The notes below the pieces were generated by a model that worked only from the letters and a program-made list of their open reading frames with translations, was not told the DNA's origin and did not search any database. A DNA stretch of 32,000 bases from Trichodesmium erythraeum IMS101 (GTDB lineage: Bacteria; Cyanobacteriota; Cyanobacteriia; Cyanobacteriales; Microcoleaceae), in NCBI RefSeq assembly GCF_000014265.1, contig NC_008312.1, positions 5,460,001 through 5,492,000 on the forward strand. The letters run 5' to 3'. Positions 10,313 to 18,715 of this stretch are shown here, piece by piece. Each line of letters starts with the position of its first letter. The stretch's first letter is position 1. The translations under genes and the position numbers were made by a program.

Positions 10313-10700
10313 TTACTTTTTAGCTTTTGTCAATAAATTAACCAAATTTTCAGCACGTCGATATTCTTGTTCAACAAGTTCTTCACCAGTTAATAATAAA
10401 TTGCCGTGATTATCCCACCAACATAATCAAAGTAGCTCTATATTATTAGAACCTGCCAAATACCTAACTCAATACCTAACTGCTGAATGGGAAAATAATT
10501 TCGTTCATTATCCTTTACCAATTCATAATTATTAGAAATTAAGCTATATAATTCTATAGGAATTTTTTTGACTTCATAAATGCAGTAAAATGGAATTATA
10601 ATCCCTTTTTCATAAACCCAAAACTTACAAGATTTTCTATCATCTTGAAAATCCGATATTATTGGCGAATTTTTGTCTCTTTTTTCTCCACTATTTCCAT
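10313..10700 (-). pseudogene. Remnant of a Uma2-family (DUF820) endonuclease gene
   Basis: Minus-strand translation gives ...KFWVYEKGIIIPFYCIYEVKKIPIELYSLISNNYELVKDNERNYFPIQQLGIELGIWQ, then a stop and frameshift, then LLWWDNHGNLLLTGEELVEQEYRRAENLVNLLTKAKK*. This resembles the C-terminal half of cyanobacterial Uma2 proteins. The N-terminal half is missing. Confidence 0.45.
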
Positions 10701-10804
10701 AAACAAATTTTAAAACAATGAGAAGAGCAATATATTTTTGCTAAAGCAAATAGTATCTTAGTACTTCTCTATTTAAAAGAGGAGAAACATGAGAAATATA
10801 GAAC

Positions 10805-11575
10805 TAATATAGTATTTCTGCTCTTATGATAATAGGATTAATTAATTGCTAATAAATTTTATGATTTTGACCTATAGTATATTGTCTTTTAGGATAAATT
10901 TTATCTAGGGTATATTTGATAGAATTAGTTAATAAGATACTTTAATGATGTCCCTAATTTTTTTTTCATAAATGTATCATATATTTATAGTATTTTAATA
11001 TGATTGGTAACAGAATTAATATCTAGTTTTTTTATTTAGTAATTACTATTTTTGTACTCATTTAACTTTATTAATAATTAAAAAGCTTCTAGGGAGGTGG
11101 AGGAAAAAACCTAAAGTAAAATACCGACTCCTAAGCCTGACCTTGAAGGGGGAAAAGGGAGAAAAAATAAATAGTTAAACAAAACTACTTAAATCCTCAA
11201 AAAAAATATCTTTTTCAATACAATAGTTTTTATAAAAAAGCTTATAAAATACTTTTAATGATAATAGGATTAATTAATTGCCAATAAATTTTACGGTCTT
11301 GACCTATAGTTTATTGTCTTTATAGGATCAACTTTATCTAGAGTATATTTGATAGAATCAGTTAATAGAATACTTTCATAATTTTCCTAAATTTTTTTTA
11401 TCAATGTACCGTCTAGTTCCTGTAGTTTAATATGATTGGGAACAGAATCAATATCTGGTTTTTTTGATTGAGTAATTACGATTTTTGTACTCATTTTAAA
11501 TCCTCAAAAAAATATATTTTTCAATACAATATTTTTTATAAAACAGCCTATCAAATACTTCTAAATAACTATATA
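10805..11575. repeat. Old, diverged (~80-85% identical by eye) tandem duplication of a ~307-bp unit carrying a decayed small minus-strand ORF
   Basis: gataataggattaattaattgc... at 10828 recurs at 11259. aaatcctcaaaaaaa... at 11191 recurs at 11498. Unit 2 is 11191-11497. A ~120-bp G-rich insert (11069-11190) separates units 1 and 2. The unit 2 ORF on the minus strand starts at 11494 (MSTKIVITQSKKPDIDSVPNHIKLQELDGTLIKKI*). The unit 1 copy is stopped after 8 codons. Confidence 0.7.
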
Positions 11576-11654
11576 TTTTGTCAAATTTATTTTTAAAAAT
11601 AGACTGATAAAACATAAATTAAACATGTTTTTTTTATGGTTGATAGCTGACATC

Positions 11655-11799
11655 TATAACAATCCTAAATCATTTATAAAAAATTACTATTATTTAAAAA
11701 AATAGTTCCAACAACTTTTACTTTTGGGTTCTATTTCACCATAAGTACTTTACCTTCTAGTCGGTCATCTATTTCACAAATTAAGATAGGATTGCTATA
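11655..11799. mobile_element. ~145-bp MITE with termini related to the IS630-family element at 7007-8129
   Basis: The left end tataacaatcctaaat (11655-11670) matches the IS end tatagcaatcctaaat at 15 of 16 positions. The right end taggattgctata (11787-11799) matches the IS right end. TA flanks are present and there is no coding capacity. Confidence 0.6.
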
Positions 11800-11839
11800 A
11801 TACCTCAATGTTTAATTAATTATTGAATATAAAAATAAT

Positions 11840-12277
11840 TTAAACTGCTATAATATCGCCAACTTCTTTATGGTCATTACAGCCAAAAATAGCTTCTTGA
11901 TGACAATAATATTTGAATTCTAGCAAGTTATAAAATGGATCTTCAAGGAAAAAAGTACGATGTTCCAAAGGAGAATTTGTAAACCTCCGCTTAGGTTGCT
12001 GATAGAATTTTAATTTATTTTTTTGAGCACGTTCTAATAAAGCTTCCCAGTCACTTTCTAGGCTAAAAACTAAACCAAAATGTCTGGGGTAAATTCCTTT
12101 TTGTGGTTCTAAAGTTTCTTTAGCAATATGAGCAACAATTTGATTACCATAAAGATTTAAAATCACTGAATTTCGAGATTCTCGCCCAACTTTACAACCT
12201 AAACCATTGCTATAGAATTCTTTCGTTTTGGTAATATTATTCACCGGAAAGGCTAAATGAAAAAGAACTTGATTCAT
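11840..12277 (-). CDS. VOC (glyoxalase/bleomycin-resistance/dioxygenase) family protein, the only full-length copy
   Basis: 145 aa. The HLAFPV..I..TKEFY...LGCKVGR start and the C-terminal FLEDPFYNLLEF segment fit the VOC beta-alpha-beta-beta-beta fold pattern. AAGGAA lies 6 nt upstream of the ATG. Confidence 0.8.
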   Translation of the reverse strand: MNQVLFHLAFPVNNITKTKEFYSNGLGCKVGRESRNSVILNLYGNQIVAHIAKETLEPQKGIYPRHFGLVFSLESDWEALLERAQKNKLKFYQQPKRRFTNSPLEHRTFFLEDPFYNLLEFKYYCHQEAIFGCNDHKEVGDIIAV

Positions 12278-12377
12278 AGTTATTTCCTTGTAATGTGTAA
12301 GTATTATTTTCTCTGGTAAATATTAAGTTAAAATGACAATAGATGTTTTTAGCGAGTAGATATAATGTTATCTAATA

Positions 12378-12710
12378 TTAATTCTGTAAATCCCTGGTTA
12401 AAGGAGAATTTGTAAACCTCCGCTTAGGTTGCTGATAGAATTTTAATTTATTTTTTTGAGCACGTTCTAATAAAGCTTCCCAGTCACTTTCTAGGCTAAA
12501 AACTAAACCAAAATGTCTGGGGTAAATTCCTTTTTGTGGTTCTAAAGTTTCTTTAGCAATATGAGCAACAATTTGATTACCATAAAGATTTAAAATCACT
12601 GAATTTCGAGATTCTCGCCCAACTTTACAACCTAAACCATTGCTATAGAATTCTTTCGTTTTGGTAATATTATTCGCCGGAAAGGCTAAATGAAAAAGAA
12701 CTTGATTCAT
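12378..12710 (-). pseudogene. Truncated VOC copy (codons 1-104 plus 6 junction-derived codons LTRDLQN*), array unit 2
   Basis: Identical to the full-length gene over 104 codons except Val12Ala (G at 12676). The tail is read from the antisense of the DUF92 gene start. It lacks the C-terminal 41 aa. Confidence 0.85.
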
Positions 12711-12810
12711 AGTTATTTCCTTGTAATGTGTAAGTATTATTTTCTCTGGTAAATATTAAGTTAAAATGACAATAGATGTTTTTAGCGAGTAGATATAATG
12801 TTATCTAATA

Positions 12811-13143
12811 TTAATTCTGTAAATCCCTGGTTAAAGGAGAATTTGTAAACCTCCGCTTAGGTTGCTGATAGAATTTTAATTTATTTTTTTGAGCACGTTC
12901 TAATAAAGCTTCCCAGTCACTTTCTAGGCTAAAAACTAAACCAAAATGTCTGGGGTAAATTCCTTTTTGTGGTTCTAAAGTTTCTTTAGCAATATGAGCA
13001 ACAATTTGATTACCATAAAGATTTAAAATCACTGAATTTCGAGATTCTCGCCCAACTTTACAACCTAAACCATTGCTATAGAATTCTTTCGTTTTGGTAA
13101 TATTATTCACCGGAAAGGCTAAATGAAAAAGAACTTGATTCAT
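12811..13143 (-). pseudogene. Truncated VOC copy, array unit 3
   Basis: 110-aa ORF identical in its first 104 aa to 11840-12277, with the same junction tail. Confidence 0.85.
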
Positions 13144-13243
13144 AGTTATTTCCTTGTAATGTGTAAGTATTATTTTCTCTGGTAAATATTAAGTTAAAAT
13201 GACAATAGATGTTTTTAGCGAGTAGATATAATGTTATCTAATA

Positions 13244-13576
13244 TTAATTCTGTAAATCCCTGGTTAAAGGAGAATTTGTAAACCTCCGCTTAGGTTGCTG
13301 ATAGAATTTTAATTTATTTTTTTGAGCACGTTCTAATAAAGCTTCCCAGTCACTTTCTAGGCTAAAAACTAAACCAAAATGTCTGGGGTAAATTCCTTTT
13401 TGTGGTTCTAAAGTTTCTTTAGCAATATGAGCAACAATTTGATTACCATAAAGATTTAAAATCACTGAATTTCGAGATTCTCGCCCAACTTTACAACCTA
13501 AACCATTGCTATAGAATTCTTTCGTTTTGGTAATATTATTCACCGGAAAGGCTAAATGAAAAAGAACTTGATTCAT
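13244..13576 (-). pseudogene. Truncated VOC copy, array unit 4
   Basis: 110-aa ORF identical in its first 104 aa to 11840-12277, with the same junction tail. Confidence 0.85.
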
Positions 13577-13676
13577 AGTTATTTCCTTGTAATGTGTAAG
13601 TATTATTTTCTCTGGTAAATATTAAGTTAAAATGACAATAGATGTTTTCAGCGAGTAGATATAATGTTATCTAATA

Positions 13677-14009
13677 TTAATTCTGTAAATCCCTGGTTAA
13701 AGGAGAATTTGTAAACCTCCGCTTAGGTTGTTGATAGAATTTTAATTTATTTTTTTGAGCACGTTCTAATAAAGCTTCCCAGTCACTTTCTAGGCTAAAA
13801 ACTAAACCAAAATGTCTGGGGTAAATTCCTTTTTGTGGTTCTAAAGTTTCTTTAGCAATATGAGCAACAATTTGATTACCATAAAGATTTAAAATCACTG
13901 AATTTCGAGATTCTCGCCCAACTTTACAACCTAAACCATTGCTATAGAATTCTTTCGTTTTGGTAATATTATTCACCGGAAAGGCTAAATGAAAAAGAAC
14001 TTGATTCAT
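13677..14009 (-). pseudogene. Truncated VOC copy, array unit 5
   Basis: 110-aa ORF identical in its first 104 aa, with a synonymous C-to-T change at 13731. Confidence 0.85.
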
Positions 14010-14109
14010 AGTTATTTCCTTGTAATGTGTAAGTATTATTTTCTCTGGTAAATATTAAGTTAAAATGACAATAGATGTTTTTAGCGAGTAGATATAATGT
14101 TATCTAATA

Positions 14110-14442
14110 TTAATTCTGTAAATCCCTGGTTAAAGGAGAATTTGTAAACCTCCGCTTAGGTTGTTGATAGAATTTTAATTTATTTTTTTGAGCACGTTCT
14201 AATAAAGCTTCCCAGTCACTTTCTAGGCTAAAAACTAAACCAAAATGTCTGGGGTAAATTCCTTTTTGTGGTTCTAAAGTTTCTTTAGCAATATGAGCAA
14301 CAATTTGATTACCATAAAGATTTAAAATCACTGAATTTCGAGATTCTCGCCCAACTTTACAACCTAAACCATTGCTATAGAATTCTTTCGTTTTGGTAAT
14401 ATTATTCACCGGAAAGGCTAAATGAAAAAGAACTTGATTCAT
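14110..14442 (-). pseudogene. Truncated VOC copy, array unit 6
   Basis: 110-aa ORF identical in its first 104 aa, with a synonymous T at 14164. Confidence 0.85.
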
Positions 14443-14542
14443 AGTTATTTCCTTGTAATGTGTAAGTATTATTTTCTCTGGTAAATATTAAGTTAAAATG
14501 ACAATAGATGTTTTTAGCGAGTAGATATAATGTTATCTAATA

Positions 14543-14875
14543 TTAATTCTGTAAATCCCTGGTTAAAGGAGAATTTGTAAACCTCCGCTTAGGTTGTTGA
14601 TAGAATTTTAATTTATTTTTTTGAGCACGTTCTAATAAAGCTTCCCAGTCACTTTCTAGGCTAAAAACTAAACCAAAATGTCTGGGGTAAATTCCTTTTT
14701 GTGGTTCTAAAGTTTCTTTAGCAATATGAGCAACAATTTGATTACCATAAAGATTTAAAATCACTGAATTTCGAGATTCTCGCCCAACTTTACAACCTAA
14801 ACCATTGCTATAGAATTCTTTCGTTTTGGTAATATTATTCACCGGAAAGGCTAAATGAAAAAGAACTTGATTCAT
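14543..14875 (-). pseudogene. Truncated VOC copy, array unit 7 (adjacent to the intact DUF92 gene)
   Basis: 110-aa ORF identical in its first 104 aa, with a synonymous T at 14597. Confidence 0.85.
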
Positions 14876-14962
14876 AGTTATTTCCTTGTAATGTGTAAGT
14901 ATTATTTTCTCTGGTAAATATTAAGTTAAAATGACAATAGATGTTTTTAGCGAGTAGATATA
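14876..14962. promoter_or_regulatory. 87-bp divergent intergenic region between the VOC (-) and DUF92 (+) genes; presumed bidirectional promoter, present in all seven units
   Basis: It is the only non-coding DNA between two divergently oriented start codons. The minus-strand AAGGAA (14882-14887) lies 6 nt before the VOC ATG. A TATAAT hexamer (14959-14964) overlaps the DUF92 ATG. No transcription start site can be assigned from sequence. Confidence 0.4.
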
Positions 14963-15748
14963 ATGTTATCTAATATTAATTCTGTAAATCCCTGGTTAGT
15001 AGCTATACTTTTAAATATTATTTTACTTAGTCTAGTTTATTTCGCTCCCAAAAAATTATTGACTCCCTGGGGAATAGTTCATGCTTGGATATTGGGAGTT
15101 TTAATTTGGGGTAGTTTGGGTTGGCCTGGATATGCGGTAGTGGTGTTTTATTTTTTGGTTGGTTCTGGGGTGACTCGCATTGGAATGGCCGAAAAGCAAG
15201 CCGCTGGAATTGCAGAAAAGCGGGAAGGTGCTAGAGGACCAGAAAATGTTTGGGGTTCGGCTTTGACTGCTGCTATCTGTGCTATGGGAGTTTGGGTCAT
15301 TGGTCTGTTATACCCGAATAATTTTCCTATAGAAAATTTACCATTGTTACTAATGTTAGGTTATGTAGCTAGTTTTAGTACTAAGCTTTCTGATACTTGT
15401 GCTAGTGAGGTAGGGAAAGCTTACGGTCAGCGGACTTTTTTAATTACAACTCTACAACCAGTGCCACGGGGAACTGAGGGTGCTGTAAGTTTAGAGGGGA
15501 CTTTAGCAGGTGTTGTGGCTTCTTTTGCGATCGCTGTAGTTGGTTGGACTGTAGGTTTAATTGATTTGACAGGAATAGTCTTTTGTGTTATTTCAGCTTT
15601 TATTGCTACTAATTTGGAGAGTTTAATTGGAGCAACAATGCAGTCTCAGTTTGAATGGTTAACAAATGAAGTTGTAAATATTATCAATACTTCAATTGGA
15701 GCGATCGCTGCAATTGTATTAGCTATAGTTTGGTTTAATAAATATTAA
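14963..15748 (+). CDS. DUF92/TIGR00297-family (TMEM19-like) integral membrane protein
   Basis: Multiple hydrophobic spans. Family-like motifs NPWL...APKKLLTPWG..HAW.LG, GARGPENVWGSALTAA, STKLSDTCASEVGKAYG and VPRGTEGAVSLEGTLAG. Confidence 0.8.
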   Translation: MLSNINSVNPWLVAILLNIILLSLVYFAPKKLLTPWGIVHAWILGVLIWGSLGWPGYAVVVFYFLVGSGVTRIGMAEKQAAGIAEKREGARGPENVWGSALTAAICAMGVWVIGLLYPNNFPIENLPLLLMLGYVASFSTKLSDTCASEVGKAYGQRTFLITTLQPVPRGTEGAVSLEGTLAGVVASFAIAVVGWTVGLIDLTGIVFCVISAFIATNLESLIGATMQSQFEWLTNEVVNIINTSIGAIAAIVLAIVWFNKY

Positions 15749-16433
15749 ATGAAAAGATAGTTAAATATCTAGTTTAATATTTAGTTATTAAGTTATTAGA
15801 CCATGCTAAAAAAAGTAGGTATAGGCATTATTTATTAAAGGGCATGAGGAAAAAAAATGTGCAGCTAAATGCTTACTAACTACCCCCAGTTACTATTGTT
15901 ATATTTATTAAAGATATTGTGAGCTAGTATGGGAATAATTACATGATTTGGTTACCGACTTTATGGATCATGAAGTTGTAAAAGAAAAACGGAAAAAATC
16001 ATTGAAGATTTAACCAATAAGATTAATTGAGAGATATATAACTTCAAGAAGGTAATCAAGATGGGAAGGATATAAATAAGTAGTGCATTCTTCTGAGGAA
16101 CTTAGGGTTCTATCTAGTTAGAATAGCTAAATTAGCTAAATAATTGAGCTAAAAATTTGTTGATATTAAATATTTGATTATATTTTTAGATAAGCATTAA
16201 TTATATAGCAATTAGTAATAACTCATCAGCATACTTGCTTTCTTGTTTCCCCAGTCTTAAGTTTGTCTTTATGGCTAGTCACTTGACCTCAAGGTTTCTA
16301 AATTTAGTTGAAATTACTTGACCTAGAATCTATAATTAAAGTTGTCTGGCTCAAGTTTTGGATTTAATCAATGAAAATCAAAAATCAATTTATTTTATTT
16401 GTAAATAAATTAAGAAAGGGAGTAATTTGACAA

Positions 16434-17198
16434 ATGGAATCTCAAGCATTATTAACAGTAGGTGAAGAAGAAGTATCATGGGGGCAAAGTTTAAAATATT
16501 TGCAAGCTTCTGGAAAATTGCAATCTTTTGTCACAGAAATTGTAGCTCAATATGTGATTGAAAAAGAATTGCAATCTCGAAAAGATATAGATGTAGATCA
16601 AGCAATTATTCAACAGGCAATTATTGATTTTCGATTGCAAAGGAAGCTGGAAGACCAAGAAAAATTTCAAGAATGGTTAAAACAAAATGGAATTAACTAT
16701 AATGCTTTAGAATCACAAATAGTAAATTCTTTTAGACTAAAGCAATTAAAAGATTCTATTACTTCCGAAAGAATTGAAGAATATTTTAATCAGCGTAAAG
16801 CAGGTTTGGATTCTGTAATTTTATCTAGAATTGTGGTTCAAGATAAAGAATTAGTAGATGCTTTGTATCGAAAAATTGTAGAAGATGGGGCAAAATTTGA
16901 AGATTTAGCTAAAGAATATTCAGTTACAAATGATAAAAACTTTAATGGTATTATGGGTGTAGTTAGTTTAGCTAGTTTACCTGAAGATTTAAGAGATACA
17001 ATTAATTCTGCTAATTCTGGAGATATTTTAGGACCATTTAAAACAAATCAATTTTGGAGTATCTTTCGACTAGAGCAGTTGCAAGGAGCTTCTTTAGATA
17101 ATCCTGAAATCAAGAAAAAATTAAACAGTGAATTATTTGAGCGTTGGATAACAGAGCAGCTACAAAATAAAAAAATTACTCTCCATGTAAATGAGTAA
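16434..17198 (+). CDS. PpiC/parvulin-type peptidyl-prolyl cis-trans isomerase (SurA/PrsA-like)
   Basis: The C-terminal part, FEDLAKEYSVTNDKNFNGIMGVVSLASLPEDLRDTINSANSGDILGPFKTNQFWSIFRLEQ, matches the rotamase pattern (F..LA..YS.D..., G.lG, G.i..P....g.hi..l). Confidence 0.7.
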   Translation: MESQALLTVGEEEVSWGQSLKYLQASGKLQSFVTEIVAQYVIEKELQSRKDIDVDQAIIQQAIIDFRLQRKLEDQEKFQEWLKQNGINYNALESQIVNSFRLKQLKDSITSERIEEYFNQRKAGLDSVILSRIVVQDKELVDALYRKIVEDGAKFEDLAKEYSVTNDKNFNGIMGVVSLASLPEDLRDTINSANSGDILGPFKTNQFWSIFRLEQLQGASLDNPEIKKKLNSELFERWITEQLQNKKITLHVNE

Positions 17199-17396
17199 AT
17201 GTTAATGGATAATTGATAATTGATAATTAATCCCTAGAGGTTTAAAGTCTCTCCAATACCACTGGATAATTGATAATTAGAGATAGTTTTCATTATCCAG
17301 TGTCTAGTTATTAACTATTAGTTCATTATCTATTGATAGTTCAAAGCTAATAGGTAAATATTTACAAAAATTTTTAGAGAAAGTAATGAAAAAACA

Positions 17397-18234
17397 TGAG
17401 TGATGAAAATAAATCTATTCATGAGTTTGATTTGAGATTAATCTATGAATATTATTCGACTATAGAAAGATAAGAACCTGGGAGTCCTGAAGTAACTATT
17501 AAAGCTTGAAGCTTTATTAATAATCTGAAAGATAAATCAAAAATTGCTGATATAGGTTGTGGAACTGGTGGTCAGATGATGGTAATAGCTAATCATAAGT
17601 CAGGGAATATTACAGCTATCGATCTGTCTCCCATCTTTATAGATATATTCAATATTAATAGTCAGAAATTGAGTCTCCAAAATAGAGTGAATGGTATTGT
17701 CGCTTTAATGAATAACTTTCTTTTTCAAAATGAAGAATTAAATTTAATATGGTCAGAAATAGCAATATATAATATTGGATTTGAACAATGAAGAATTAAA
17801 TTTAATATGGTCAGAAATAGCAATATATAATATTGGATTTGAACGAGGTATAAATGAATGATATAAGTTTTTTAAGAAAGGAGCTTTACTTGCAGTTTCA
17901 GAAGCATCATGGTTTACTCAAGAAAGACCTGTAGAAATTAATGAGTTTTGGAATAATGAATACTCAGAAATATATACTATTTCAAATAAAGTGACACAAA
18001 TGCAAAAAGCAGGATATATTCCAATTGCTAATTTTGTACTGCCTAAAAATTGTTGGACTGAACATTTTTATGCTCCGCAAGTTTCTGCGCAGAAAAAATT
18101 TTTGCAAAAATATTTAGGCAATAAAAATGCCGAAAAACTCTGAGAAAATCAACGGCATGAAGCCAAATTTTACGATAAAGATAAAGAGTTTCATGGCTAT
18201 GTTTTCTATATAGGAAAAAAGATTTCAAACTAAG
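17397..18234 (+). pseudogene. Class I SAM-dependent methyltransferase, inactivated
   Basis: SAM motif I is present ([12 protein letters not shown]), followed by [19 protein letters not shown]...AVSEASWFT...EINEFW...YGYVFYIGKK. In-frame stops follow IER and follow TIKA. A 58-bp frameshifting tandem duplication is present, and there are further stops near 17860 and 18141. Confidence 0.8.
17729..17844 (+). repeat. Perfect 58-bp direct tandem duplication inside the methyltransferase pseudogene
   Basis: aatgaagaattaaatttaatatggtcagaaatagcaatatataatattggatttgaac occurs at 17729-17786 and again at 17787-17844. A 58-nt insertion shifts the frame. Confidence 0.9.
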
Positions 18235-18640
18235 TGATTAAATAATGAATACTTTTTTCAGAAAACTCTAATTCTATGGGGAGAAAGTCTATCTAAATTT
18301 GAAACCCTACACAGCCAAAGTTAAGCTCTATTTTCCTGTTCCCCAAATATACTTTAAGAAGAATACTTTAAGAGAAACAGAGAAAATAATTGAGCCAGCT
18401 TTATGAATAAATAAATAATTATTATCTGCAAGCTTGAAGAATGAAAATTTTTAGTATTTCATATAATATCCAATCTCGTTTTCAAAACTACAAATAAGTG
18501 TCACTAAAATCTATAATACTAATTAAAATTGTGGTCTAAAGACTGCGCTATCATGTCAGTTTTTTTGAAGTTAGAAGCATCTATTTTTTCAGAGCAGTCT
18601 ATTGAATAAATCAAGCATTACAATAAGCTTAGTTGATGAA

Positions 18641-18683
18641 GGAAACCCAATACTGATAGACGTATTATTATTGTTGGGTTTCC
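18641..18683 (-). terminator. Hairpin 33 nt downstream of the nitroreductase stop codon (possible terminator)
   Basis: ggaaacccaa (18641-18650) pairs perfectly with ttgggtttcc (18674-18683) around a 23-nt loop. No clear U-tract follows on the minus strand, so the assignment is weak. Confidence 0.3.
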
Positions 18684-18715
18684 TATATCAACCCAAACTA
18701 CTGAACTGGAGGTAT

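Larger units (their letters stand above)
11968..14998. repeat. Seven head-to-tail copies of a 433-bp unit (VOC codons 1-104 + 87-bp divergent intergenic region + DUF92 codons 1-12)
   Basis: VOC start codons sit at 12277, 12710, 13143, 13576, 14009, 14442 and 14875, exactly 433 bp apart. Unit boundaries are 11968, 12401, 12834, 13267, 13700, 14133 and 14566, ending at 14998. I found only three variable positions by eye. Confidence 0.95.

Noticed and set aside
11968-14998. Could the regular 433-bp periodic array be a CRISPR array or an integron cassette array?
   Set aside because: The units are contiguous and near-identical with no unique spacers. The period is far too long. The unit is plainly gene 5' ends plus a promoter. 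No cas gene, integrase or attC-like sites are present.
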